IMG/VR virus record: IMGVR_UViG_3300006141_000002
Strand: one strand, 5' to 3'
Origin: a virus
Lineage: Duplodnaviria > Heunggongvirae > Uroviricota > Caudoviricetes
DNA: 64,000 nucleotides
Below are positions 37,386-45,889 of the stretch, in pieces; the stretch's first letter is position 1; each line of letters starts with the position of its first letter. The notes under the pieces are model-generated. The model did no database searches and was not told the DNA's origin. It worked only from the letters and a program-made list of their open reading frames with translations. The position numbers and the translations under genes are program-made.

Positions 37386-37742
37386 TCAAATTGCGGGGCT
37401 GTCCTCAGTCCCGTCGTCCTGTGAAAATCCCGCTGCTTTCGCGGCAGCATACTTGATTCCCTCGCCATCAGCACCTTTGTTCTCCGTTTCGCTCTTATGT
37501 ACGATGCTGTTCAGTACAATACCAATAGCAGTACCCACTGGGGTGAATACTACAGTAAAGCAAGCCAGAGCGCCCATATACTGATACTCGATGCTTTTCC
37601 AGGCGAGGATGAAACCTCCTGCAAGCCCTGCTGCCAGAAACAGCATCAGATAGAGCGCCAGCCGGTTAGTGAAACCAATGCCTGGACGCTTATTTCTGCG
37701 CCGCTTGGGTTTCTTTTGCCCACGCTCAATCTTGATGGTCAT
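37386..37742 (-). CDS. Two-TM membrane protein (lysis module)
   Basis: Basic N-terminus and two hydrophobic helices. Confidence 0.65.
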   Translation of the reverse strand: MTIKIERGQKKPKRRRNKRPGIGFTNRLALYLMLFLAAGLAGGFILAWKSIEYQYMGALACFTVVFTPVGTAIGIVLNSIVHKSETENKGADGEGIKYAAAKAAGFSQDDGTEDSPAI

Positions 37743-37746
37743 AGCA

Positions 37747-39183
37747 TTACACCTTACCCATCATTTGTGCAAAACGGTACAGAACAGTAACAAGCTGCTC
37801 TCTGGTGAGTACATCGGCCCACATACAATTTGGCTCGCCGTTAATGGTTGTCCCGTTACCGGCAATCAGACCAGTAGATACAGCCCATTCACGGGCGTCT
37901 TTGCTCCATGCCCCGCAATCATTGTCCTGGAGTTCCTTGCGCATCTCGCCCCAGAGTTCCTTGAAACGTGCTACGTCCATATCTTCATCCTCCTCTACAT
38001 TGGTATTTGCCCCCGCCAGAAGTGCAGAGACATCGTCACGAACAGTCTGCATACTCTTTCCGTACTTCGGAAGCCAATGCAGAACATCGCCATGATTCGA
38101 GCCGAGCCCAAGCCGGTAGCTGTCTTGGTGGCACAGGATAACGGGAACCTTGACTCCGCTGTATGTAACCGTCCCCTGTGGGTCGAGGTTGTAGAGTTTG
38201 CACAGGTAGGCCGTCAGTTCGACCGCCTCCCGATACACCTTCTCAAAGTAGGCGGGGTCGTTCAGCTTGTCCTCACAGATTTCGAACTGAATCCAGCCGT
38301 TGTTGCAGGAGCCCTTCTTGCCGGAGCCGCAGCCCCACGCCTTTTTGTCCCAATCTCCCACCTGAACACTGGTCACATCTCCGTTGGCGAGCTTACCGAC
38401 CCAGGCATGAACGCCAGCCTGCCGCTCGCTGTGGTTCCAGTCGTTGCGGCTGTTATTCGTACCGAGCAACGCCAGCATCTGCGCTTTGTCTGACGCATTA
38501 TCATCCGGCTGGACATACCTCTTCAAGTTCGGATTATTTGCACCAGTGGAGTGCCACAGTACGCCTCTGACGGTGGTTTTCCCGGCGCCCTTGTACCAGG
38601 TACTTTGCCGCATGAAACACTTCATGGGTGGATTTGCGGAAGCATACTTCATCTTCACGTCATCTCCTCTCTCAGCCGCCACAATGGCGAACTGGTTGTA
38701 ATAGGTCTGCCCGTACTCAGCCCGCTTCTGCTGGACTGCGGGGTCATTCATCTTTGCCGGACGCTCAAACTGGAGCAGCACAGCATCGGATGCCTCTCGC
38801 ACGGATGCCGTGGTCAGAAGCACCCCCAGTACGCCCTTAAAGCTCTCTGAGAGCTCTTTCATGAGGAACCTGAGCTGGGCGTTGAGGTCGCCGATAGACG
38901 CTCCTATGGCCTTGCAGAAGGCATACAAAGCCTGTTTCCGAGTCCAATATGTCCACTGGCACAGGCCGTAGCCAGCGCTGTCTCGGACGAAGTTGGTATA
39001 CGTCCCATTGTCCACGGCGACGGTGTATGTTTCATCTGTATATCCCAACTTCTTCTCATATGTATTCTGGAGATTCTTTGGGTTCAGGCCGCTTTCCGCA
39101 TAGATATTCCCCATCAGCCCTGCTGCGCCAGCGTCGGTCAGCCCTTGCGCTTTCAGAAATTTCCAAATAGTAACTTCGTTCAC
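37747..39183 (-). CDS. Endolysin: phage-tail-lysozyme domain + amidase_2 + SLH-like C-terminus
   Basis: GLMGNIYAESG/GYGLCQWT; HSTG, FEICED, LCH; WAVSTGLIAG...TREQ; GTG start with GGAGGTG RBS. Confidence 0.88.
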   Translation of the reverse strand: MNEVTIWKFLKAQGLTDAGAAGLMGNIYAESGLNPKNLQNTYEKKLGYTDETYTVAVDNGTYTNFVRDSAGYGLCQWTYWTRKQALYAFCKAIGASIGDLNAQLRFLMKELSESFKGVLGVLLTTASVREASDAVLLQFERPAKMNDPAVQQKRAEYGQTYYNQFAIVAAERGDDVKMKYASANPPMKCFMRQSTWYKGAGKTTVRGVLWHSTGANNPNLKRYVQPDDNASDKAQMLALLGTNNSRNDWNHSERQAGVHAWVGKLANGDVTSVQVGDWDKKAWGCGSGKKGSCNNGWIQFEICEDKLNDPAYFEKVYREAVELTAYLCKLYNLDPQGTVTYSGVKVPVILCHQDSYRLGLGSNHGDVLHWLPKYGKSMQTVRDDVSALLAGANTNVEEDEDMDVARFKELWGEMRKELQDNDCGAWSKDAREWAVSTGLIAGNGTTINGEPNCMWADVLTREQLVTVLYRFAQMMGKV

Positions 39184-39267
39184 GAAACCACCTCCTCGGT
39201 AAAACGATGGTTTTATATACAAAGGGAGCCAGCACAGCCGACTCCCGTCCTTTTATCCTTATCTGTC

Positions 39268-39323
39268 GCCGCCTCCTTCAAACCCCTATGGGAGGGGTGC
39301 AGGGGAGGGCCGCAGCCCACCCC
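39268..39323 (+). repeat. Inverted diverged copy of the DGR IMH/double-hairpin element
   Basis: GCCGCCTCC-TTCAAA-CCCCT-N5-AGGGG-TGCA-GGGGAGGGC-CGCA-GCCCACCCC versus 43533-43588 on the minus strand. Confidence 0.7.
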
Positions 39324-39343
39324 GCCTATGGCTAAGCAACATA

Positions 39344-40366
39344 TTACAAGTCTCCAAGACCTGCCTGTTTTTGTGCGACAATTTCGCCGTCCTTGAAGTA
39401 TTTGCCGAACTCTTCATCTGCGTCAATGTCCTTATACACACCGACCATATCCGCAGAGTCCCATCCAATCAAAGACTGGATCACAGAATCCGGGATGTTT
39501 GCTCTCGCCAGTTCACTCGTCATAAAGTGCCGAAGAGAGTGCAGATATACATCCTCACCAATGATACTGGAAAATGTACGGGCGAAGCTGTTCATGCGGG
39601 ATACTGTAATGGGCTGCGTTTTGTCGTGTACGTCCGTAAACAGCCATTCGCTGTCAATGCCGCGCCGCTTGCGCTCTTCCATCCACAGGTCGAGGTATGG
39701 CTTAAAGGGTTTTGCGAGCACATAGCATGTCAGCATCTTTCCGCTCTTGCCGCGTCCTTTGGTTTTGATTTTCTCCGGCGTCTTATACAGAGAACCGTAG
39801 ATGATATTTTCATCAGAGAAATACACGACTTTGAATCGACCCAGCTCAGATTTTCGCCGGCCCGAATACGCCGCCAGTGCAAGGAAACACGCCTGCTCAT
39901 ACTTTTTATGTTCGACCAGATAGTCAAGACAGCCCTGAATTTGCTCTTTAGTCAGAACGGTCTTTTTGCGTACAGGCTCATTGACTGGGTTCTCGATCTT
40001 CCGGACAACCGGCCGATAGTCTGGATATTCATCGTCCAGAATATTTGTGATAAGGTTTGACAGTGAAGAAAGCGCGGCCTTCAGGTGCCGGACACGATTC
40101 GCAGAGCACCCCTGTCCCAGCGCATAATTTTGGAATGCCATGATGTCGCGCTTGGAAATATCAGTGAAGAACTTGTTGTTTGCGTTGTCTACGACCCAGC
40201 AGAAGAAAATCAGCAAATCATTCTTGTAAACCACGATAGTCTGTTCAGACCTGTCCACGGAGCGCAGATACATAATGAAATCATTCATCAGTCTGATATT
40301 TTCCGGGTTGATCTGTGCGATTTTCTCAGGTGGCGCCGTCAAACAGCGGTTCGTTTTCCTGCTCAC
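39344..40366 (-). CDS. Tyrosine recombinase (XerC/D-like), catalytic residues intact
   Basis: YSGRRKSE (R), IKTKG (K), HSLRH (HxxR), GW and VY (Tyr). Confidence 0.92.
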   Translation of the reverse strand: MSRKTNRCLTAPPEKIAQINPENIRLMNDFIMYLRSVDRSEQTIVVYKNDLLIFFCWVVDNANNKFFTDISKRDIMAFQNYALGQGCSANRVRHLKAALSSLSNLITNILDDEYPDYRPVVRKIENPVNEPVRKKTVLTKEQIQGCLDYLVEHKKYEQACFLALAAYSGRRKSELGRFKVVYFSDENIIYGSLYKTPEKIKTKGRGKSGKMLTCYVLAKPFKPYLDLWMEERKRRGIDSEWLFTDVHDKTQPITVSRMNSFARTFSSIIGEDVYLHSLRHFMTSELARANIPDSVIQSLIGWDSADMVGVYKDIDADEEFGKYFKDGEIVAQKQAGLGDL

Positions 40367-40436
40367 TGAAATCCCTCCCTTCGGTTTTTAGATAGAGGGC
40401 AATGTCTCAATAGACACAGCCCTCGTTATATGATGT

Positions 40437-40886
40437 TCAGACAAATCTGTAGTGTGGTCGCTCTCCACCCTCAACACTGTACCTCATCCAGTCGAGCATA
40501 ACGATTGCAAAAGTTGACAGAAGAAACCACACGCAGATAAATTGCGGGCAGATTTGACCGAGAATGTTCCCGGGCATGTGAGAGTAATCCCAGACACCAA
40601 GGCCAAGCCATAAGTTCAGAACACAACCCGCACAGAACTCCGCCGCTGTGATAGCACAGGTACAAATAACAGATTGTAAGAGCAGAGGCATATTCCATGG
40701 AAGTTCTGCTCCGAATCGCTCCAGAGGTACGGCAAGGAAAATAGCAAGCAAAAGCATCGTCCAACTGATTGTTTCCGGTCTCCCGTTTGCTGTCTTCCAG
40801 ATAACCTCAGTGAAGAAGTAGAACGTCCCCGTCCATACCCAAAGGAGTACGCTCAGAACCCACTTTCCGTTCTTATTGACTACCAT
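40437..40886 (-). CDS. Multi-TM protein, DUF1113/CmpB-like
   Basis: EFCAGCVLNLWLGLGVWDYS..P.N..GQIC. Confidence 0.7.
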   Translation of the reverse strand: MVVNKNGKWVLSVLLWVWTGTFYFFTEVIWKTANGRPETISWTMLLLAIFLAVPLERFGAELPWNMPLLLQSVICTCAITAAEFCAGCVLNLWLGLGVWDYSHMPGNILGQICPQFICVWFLLSTFAIVMLDWMRYSVEGGERPHYRFV

Positions 40887-41062
40887 GGCGCATCAGGCTC
40901 CCAATCATCACAGATTTCGTCCAGCTTGCGCCGGGCCCACTCTGCTTCGTCTTCGCAGACAGCAGCATCATATTGACTCAGTGCAAATGCCTGTGCTCGA
41001 ATCACATCCGCCTGCCGCCGGCAGATATCAATCAGAAGATCAATCAGTTGCGGAAGCCGCAT
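40880..41062 (-). CDS. Small hypothetical protein
   Basis: Overlaps both neighbours in the operon. Confidence 0.55.
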   Translation of the reverse strand: MRLPQLIDLLIDICRRQADVIRAQAFALSQYDAAVCEDEAEWARRKLDEICDDWEPDAPW

Positions 41063-41633
41063 TTGCGCTCAACCTCCCAACGATTGCCGCCATCTGCTCC
41101 TGTGCTACGGTCAGCTTACCGGTCAGTTCAGAAGCATAGGGCTCCGGCAGATCCATTCCGTATACCACAGCGGAGATAGTATCCTCATCTTTAAGAGACA
41201 GGACGTATGCTTTCAGCGCGTTGTGGTATGAAGTCTGTGTTGTGATAAGGGTTTGTGCGGCAATGTAGATTTGTGCAATCTCCATAGCGGAGTAGACCGT
41301 ACAGGTTCCATCATCCGCCTGATAGGGGAATGCGGTGCCGCCCAACTCTACCACGCGGAACAGGTTGTTGATATTGCTCTGGTCTTCCAGTGCCAGATTG
41401 AAGTGATCTGTACGGTCGCCGATCTGAACGTCAACACCGGATACAATCACCGTATTGCAGGCTTTGGAGATTTCCAGCAGCTTTGCAGACCGGACAACGC
41501 TGAGAGAATTATCTAAACCGAGGATATCAACGGCGTCCTCTGTGGTGATCCAGCCCATAGTAATAGCCTGGAGCACACCCATATTGGTCAGTCCGCCATC
41601 GTGATAAAGCTGTGAAATATACTGTTTGTCCAT
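41040..41633 (-). CDS. Tail-associated protein (XkdX-like N-terminus plus DUF4376-like domain)
   Basis: GWITTEDAVDILG; HFNLALEDQSNI...YQADDG..YHNALK. Confidence 0.65.
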   Translation of the reverse strand: MDKQYISQLYHDGGLTNMGVLQAITMGWITTEDAVDILGLDNSLSVVRSAKLLEISKACNTVIVSGVDVQIGDRTDHFNLALEDQSNINNLFRVVELGGTAFPYQADDGTCTVYSAMEIAQIYIAAQTLITTQTSYHNALKAYVLSLKDEDTISAVVYGMDLPEPYASELTGKLTVAQEQMAAIVGRLSANAASATD

Positions 41634-41636
41634 ATC

Positions 41637-41921
41637 TTAGCCCTCCAAAATGGATGCGACCAGCACAGCCATATTCGCTTTCATGCGCTTCGTCTTATCA
41701 ACGATGCGGTTGTGATGGTCGATTTCATACCAATCATAGCAGTTGCCTTCCGCATCCTCATCGAATTTTGTCTTCTGGATGACGTGGAAGGTGTCTGTGA
41801 TGGTGCTGTCATCGTATTCCTGTACCACCTCCGCGAACCCCTCAAAATCGGTGTGCTCGCTCCCTTTGGTACGGAGAGTTTCTACGCCGCTGTAGCCATT
41901 TGCTCCAAATACATACTCCAC
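41637..41921 (-). CDS. Hypothetical protein overlapping the RT 3' end
   Basis: GAGAGGAG RBS inside RT; 40-nt overlap. Confidence 0.65.
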   Translation of the reverse strand: MEYVFGANGYSGVETLRTKGSEHTDFEGFAEVVQEYDDSTITDTFHVIQKTKFDEDAEGNCYDWYEIDHHNRIVDKTKRMKANMAVLVASILEG

Positions 41922-42997
41922 GTTAATCTCTCCTCTCGCATATGATTTCGAATCACTTGTTTCAGTTCCTTTTGAACCTTGCCGTGATAGATTTTTTCAT
42001 AGATGTTTTTATTGTTGCAATGTTTGAGCTGACCCAATCTTGAAATCAGCCCAGTCGCCATTCTGGCGGATATTTTTCTGTGCTGCCTTTTGCGGCGGTA
42101 ATACTCGTTCAGCTTCCGTTTTAGACGGAACAGATTGCGCTTCTTGAGCAATGTGAACCTTCTGCCGAACCTGTAGCCGAGTGCGCATGGCATACGGCTC
42201 CTTGTGGGGAACACCTGCCAGTTGTCTTTCAAAGAGAGATTGACTCCCGCAAGCCATTCTTCAATTAGCTTTCTCAGCCTGTGCAGTTTCCTTTTGTTAC
42301 TTCCAAAGATTGTGAAATTGTCCATGTATCTGAGATAGTGGGTGCAGAATCCGCTGTCTCTGATGAGCTGGTCGAGTGGCTGTAGAAGCGTATTTGCGAA
42401 CCACTGCGAGGTGTATAGGCCAATCAGTACGCCGTACCGTAGGACTTCCTCGCATACCTTCAATACGCGCCAATCTTTGATGAGGTGGCGCAACCGTATC
42501 AAAATGAACCCTGGATCAATGCTGTCGTAGAAATGATGGATGTCGAGTTCTTCGCAGTATTTGGTCCCTCTAACATCCGTGTCCATCCACTTCTCAATTT
42601 TCTTCTTTCCGTAGTGAATGCCACGATTGCGGATACTACCACAGCAATGCCTGTCCATTCCACGCATCATGGTTGGTTGGAGAACCTGCACAAGCGCATG
42701 GTGTATATATTGATCCGGCCACAGCTTTGGTTCGTTGATGATACGCCATTTTCCGGCGCTCTTATCATACCGCTGCTTCTGCTTCGGCTTGGAGAGCTGG
42801 CGCTTATGATATACGATCTGCTCGATGATATGGCGCAGATCCTCTACACGCGCCTCCATATCCTGTTCAATCCATGCGACCGTTTTGTTTGGCCTGTGTT
42901 TCGGCAGCCACCTGTGACTCGTGTTTACCTCCACGAGGGCAAGCATCAGGTTGTCGTGTGAAATGAGTTTCTCGTATAGATTTTTTGTACGTTTCAT
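41882..42997 (-). CDS. DGR reverse transcriptase (371 aa)
   Basis: LDIHHFYDSI, GVLIGLYTSQWFAN (DGR SQ signature), LRYMDNF, LGY; AAGGAGG RBS; adjacent TR. Confidence 0.95.
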   Translation of the reverse strand: MKRTKNLYEKLISHDNLMLALVEVNTSHRWLPKHRPNKTVAWIEQDMEARVEDLRHIIEQIVYHKRQLSKPKQKQRYDKSAGKWRIINEPKLWPDQYIHHALVQVLQPTMMRGMDRHCCGSIRNRGIHYGKKKIEKWMDTDVRGTKYCEELDIHHFYDSIDPGFILIRLRHLIKDWRVLKVCEEVLRYGVLIGLYTSQWFANTLLQPLDQLIRDSGFCTHYLRYMDNFTIFGSNKRKLHRLRKLIEEWLAGVNLSLKDNWQVFPTRSRMPCALGYRFGRRFTLLKKRNLFRLKRKLNEYYRRKRQHRKISARMATGLISRLGQLKHCNNKNIYEKIYHGKVQKELKQVIRNHMREERLTWSMYLEQMATAA

Positions 42998-42999
42998 AG

Positions 43000-43237
43000 G
43001 TTGTTACAGTACCTCCTTGTAACCTCATGAGCTTTCCCACGCTCCGGTTTCTCAGAGGGTACTAACCCATGTCCTATCGGTTAATCTTTGCCAAGGGGCA
43101 CGCGATTGCCCGCGCCAAGGGTGTAGTGCGAAATACGCACCACAGCCCTTATAGAAAGGGTGAGGAGCCCGATCTACCAAAAATAATGCTAACCACGCAC
43201 TCGCCCGGAACCTCTGGTGAGGCCCAGCGAAAAACAA
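43000..43237 (-). ncRNA. Probable structured DGR RNA spacer between TR and RT
   Basis: Non-coding, several hairpins (e.g. GTGCG-TATTT-CGCAC); position equivalent to the BPP-1 TR-brt spacer. Confidence 0.55.
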
Positions 43238-43380
43238 GGATGCGGCAGCCGATGTTCGAGTTCGTGTTCGACGCACTGTTGTAGTTCACGTAGAACAACC
43301 CGTGGTTCTGGTTCTGGTTGTAGTTACCCCCACAGTGCAGGCACGGGTTGGAAGCGTTATAGTTCCAGTTATCCGCGACG
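43238..43380 (-). repeat. DGR template repeat (TR), 143 nt
   Basis: AAC-rich; ungapped alignment to 43580-43722 with 20 mismatches, all at TR adenines. Confidence 0.97.
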
Positions 43381-43480
43381 GCACAATAAATGAACCAGCG
43401 ACTGCTGCGTAGGCAATCCCGTAGCGCACATAAAATGCGCTTCTTGTTTGCTTTACTAAAAATAGGAATGATTCGATTTA

Positions 43481-43504
43481 GGGGACGTACTTGCGCACGT
43501 CCCC
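43481..43504 (-). other. GC-rich hairpin with GNRA loop upstream of TR
   Basis: GGGGACGTGC-GCAA-GTACGTCCCC on the minus strand. Confidence 0.7.
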
Positions 43505-43532
43505 TTTTACATTGTTTACTTGGCTACTGGAT

Positions 43533-43588
43533 GGGGAGAACTGCGGTTCTCCCCAAACCCCTCTCTTAGGGGAGTTCTTGGAGGCGGC
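43533..43588 (-). promoter_or_regulatory. DGR IMH and downstream hairpin/cruciform
   Basis: GCCGCCTCC at the VR 3' end (TR has GCCGCATCC), CCCCT-AAGAG-AGGGG and GGGGAGAAC-CGCA-GTTCTCCCC. Confidence 0.8.
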
Positions 43589-45830
43589 AGCCGATGCTCG
43601 AGCCCGTGTACGACGCACCGTTGCAGTACACGCAGAACAACCCGCGGTCCTGGCTCTGGTCGTAGTAACCCCCACAGCGCAGGCACGGGTAGGAAGCGAC
43701 ATAGTACCAGTAATCCGCGACGTATGTGCTCTCAGAACCACTTGCAGCCGTAGGATAGATCGCCCACTCAAGGCCACTTACGGTAGACACCGCAATAGCA
43801 GATGGCCAGCCGTTTGACGGCTTCCCGATTAGAGACCCACCAGAGGAATCACTGAACGCAGACGGGGTATTGATAACGTACATACCATTGCTGTTGTAGT
43901 AGCATCCGTCCATCCAGTCGTACACGTTATCCCACAATCCCTCAATATTGCGGTACTGCGTATAGCCGTATGTAGTACGGTTAGCTGCTGTGGTGCCAGT
44001 GTGGTACTTCATAGCGTCCGTTTTCCCGTTGTTCTCCTTGGAGCCACTTGCGGAACAGCCATATCCGATCTTCGCCTGAGAGTTCCAGTCTGCGAACTCC
44101 ACCAGATAGAGCATTTGGATGGTCACACGCATGGCATAGTCGAACTGCCAAATGGTTGCACCCAAATTATGAATACCTGTACGTGCGGCAGACCGGGTAA
44201 TACTCACCTGTTGGGCAACGCCAGTGGTGCTCTTATAACCGCTTGCGCAATGATATCGCCCGACATAGACTACATCTCGCTCACCCTTTCCGTCTCCTCT
44301 GTTTGCATGAGCGGGGGATACCTTGAAGCCGTCCGTTTCTCCATCTGCGATTTGGAGCTTCAGTGTATTTCCGCTCTTTGTCCACTTGTACCAGAACTTA
44401 GGAATAGCAACAACAACACCGCCAGTACGATTGCTCTTTGTCATCCCGGACCATGGCAGCAAATTATCAAAAGGAGAACTGCCGCTGCCGTTGTTCACGG
44501 CAGGAACGGGATCGGTGAAGCTCGCGGAGGCGTCGGTACGAGACCACTTTGTCGTACTGGAACCATCCCAAGATGCGCCATAAATGGTTACAAACTTAGC
44601 TGTCACACTTACCGACTGGGCGGCTGGGATAGTGTAGTTGCTTCCACCAGAGCAGGTAACCTTGATAGTGGTATTGCCTGTTGCACTATTCACACTGCTG
44701 ACGCGGTAGGTTTTTCCACTCGCCAGTGCGACAGTTGCGATTCCCGTGTTCTGTGACACAACAGAATAAGAACCGTCAAAGTTACCAGAAATAACAAAAG
44801 TGGCACTTGTAGCGGTCTTATTCAGTGTGATTGAGAGTGGGGAAATTGTCATCGTTCCGGTCGCCTTGCCGATTGTCCAGGCTACATTTTTTGCCTTTGG
44901 CTCGGTGTCTCCAGACCAAACGTAGTCATCCTTCGGTGTAAAAGTGGCGGTATATGTTTTAGCATTCGTACCGACAGTTTCTCCTGACAGCACCATCTTC
45001 GTAGAATCATATCCGCTCCAGCTTGGATTTTGTGGGTTTGTATTATAGGTCAGTGATCCGCTTTGAGACGGTACGGTACTAATCACAAGACGGTTCGGAA
45101 CACCGGTCGTGCGGTTGGCTGTGTTGGTATTCACAGCGCCATCTGTGGACGCAGGGAAGAACGAGATGTAGTAGGTCATCCCATTCGTCAATCCTGTGAT
45201 AGTCAGTGGGTTGCTTGCGTACTGATTGCGTGTGTTCACCACCTGACGGAATGCAACATCAGCTCCGCTGTCATCCGGGCTAGTTGCGTATGATCCGGTC
45301 TTCACCACAATGGTCGTATTCGCCCATGTAGCAACAGTGATACCGTCTGTTACGACAGTGGATGCCGGATCAGTCCATTTCACACTGATTTTCCCATTGC
45401 CTGCGGCTGATGCACTAATACCACTTACGTTGCCAAGCGCAACAGGATTGGGCGTGGCGGAGAAGCCACCATCCTCAACGTCTGTGTAGGAATTTGCCGT
45501 GGTATACGGGAAGAGTTTGTAGTAGTAGGTTGTTCCATCAGTCAGCCCACTGTCGCAGAAATACGCCGTTTTATATGCGTCACGCGTTTTGCTGTCCAGT
45601 ACGATAACGCCGTCACGACGGCTCACGGGCATAGAACCGGCTTTCCGCACCAACAGAGTACCTCCCCAGGACGCCAGGGTGGAACCAGCCACCACAAGGT
45701 CCTCCGGATCTGTCCACTGAATATAGACCTTCTCATGCGATGTTACGGTCTTGATGCCGGTCGCGGCAGCCAAAGCCAGACCTCCGCCACCGCTTCCGGA
45801 GCCGCCTGGAAAATTAGAGATAATAGGCAT
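43566..45830 (-). CDS. DGR target: putative receptor-binding/tail adhesin with two FN3-like repeats, Ig-like segments and a C-terminal CLec-fold VR
   Basis: GGGAGG RBS before ATG 45830; duplicated WTDP...GLT.G.TYY modules; YRNIEGLWDNVYDWMDG and terminal GCRL. Confidence 0.88.
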   Translation of the reverse strand: MPIISNFPGGSGSGGGGLALAAATGIKTVTSHEKVYIQWTDPEDLVVAGSTLASWGGTLLVRKAGSMPVSRRDGVIVLDSKTRDAYKTAYFCDSGLTDGTTYYYKLFPYTTANSYTDVEDGGFSATPNPVALGNVSGISASAAGNGKISVKWTDPASTVVTDGITVATWANTTIVVKTGSYATSPDDSGADVAFRQVVNTRNQYASNPLTITGLTNGMTYYISFFPASTDGAVNTNTANRTTGVPNRLVISTVPSQSGSLTYNTNPQNPSWSGYDSTKMVLSGETVGTNAKTYTATFTPKDDYVWSGDTEPKAKNVAWTIGKATGTMTISPLSITLNKTATSATFVISGNFDGSYSVVSQNTGIATVALASGKTYRVSSVNSATGNTTIKVTCSGGSNYTIPAAQSVSVTAKFVTIYGASWDGSSTTKWSRTDASASFTDPVPAVNNGSGSSPFDNLLPWSGMTKSNRTGGVVVAIPKFWYKWTKSGNTLKLQIADGETDGFKVSPAHANRGDGKGERDVVYVGRYHCASGYKSTTGVAQQVSITRSAARTGIHNLGATIWQFDYAMRVTIQMLYLVEFADWNSQAKIGYGCSASGSKENNGKTDAMKYHTGTTAANRTTYGYTQYRNIEGLWDNVYDWMDGCYYNSNGMYVINTPSAFSDSSGGSLIGKPSNGWPSAIAVSTVSGLEWAIYPTAASGSESTYVADYWYYVASYPCLRCGGYYDQSQDRGLFCVYCNGASYTGSSIGCRLQELP
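43580..43722 (-). repeat. DGR variable repeat (VR), 143 nt
   Basis: 3' end of the target gene; differs from TR only at A positions (12 G, 7 T, 1 C). Confidence 0.97.
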
Positions 45831-45889
45831 ATAAAACCTCCCTTGTATCTTCGTGCAGCTGATCGCCAAATGACGCAGCCGTTATGTAA

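Noticed and set aside
37669-38493. 274-aa plus-strand ORF
   Set aside because: Antisense shadow of the endolysin; same for 39371-40060, 44001-44756, 47969-48616 and 57985-59019, which shadow clear minus-strand genes
39200-39267. A second VR upstream of the IMH copy
   Set aside because: Manual alignment to the TR 3' end shows no homology beyond GCCGC(C/A)TCC(TT), even allowing adenine changes
41882-42997. RT as group II intron, retron or Abi RT
   Set aside because: SQ signature, short length, no maturase/endonuclease domain and an adjacent TR/VR pair identify it as a DGR RT
43052-43284. Short ORFs between TR and RT as avd candidates
   Set aside because: 71-74 aa, no RBS, overlap TR and structured RNA, no Avd-like composition
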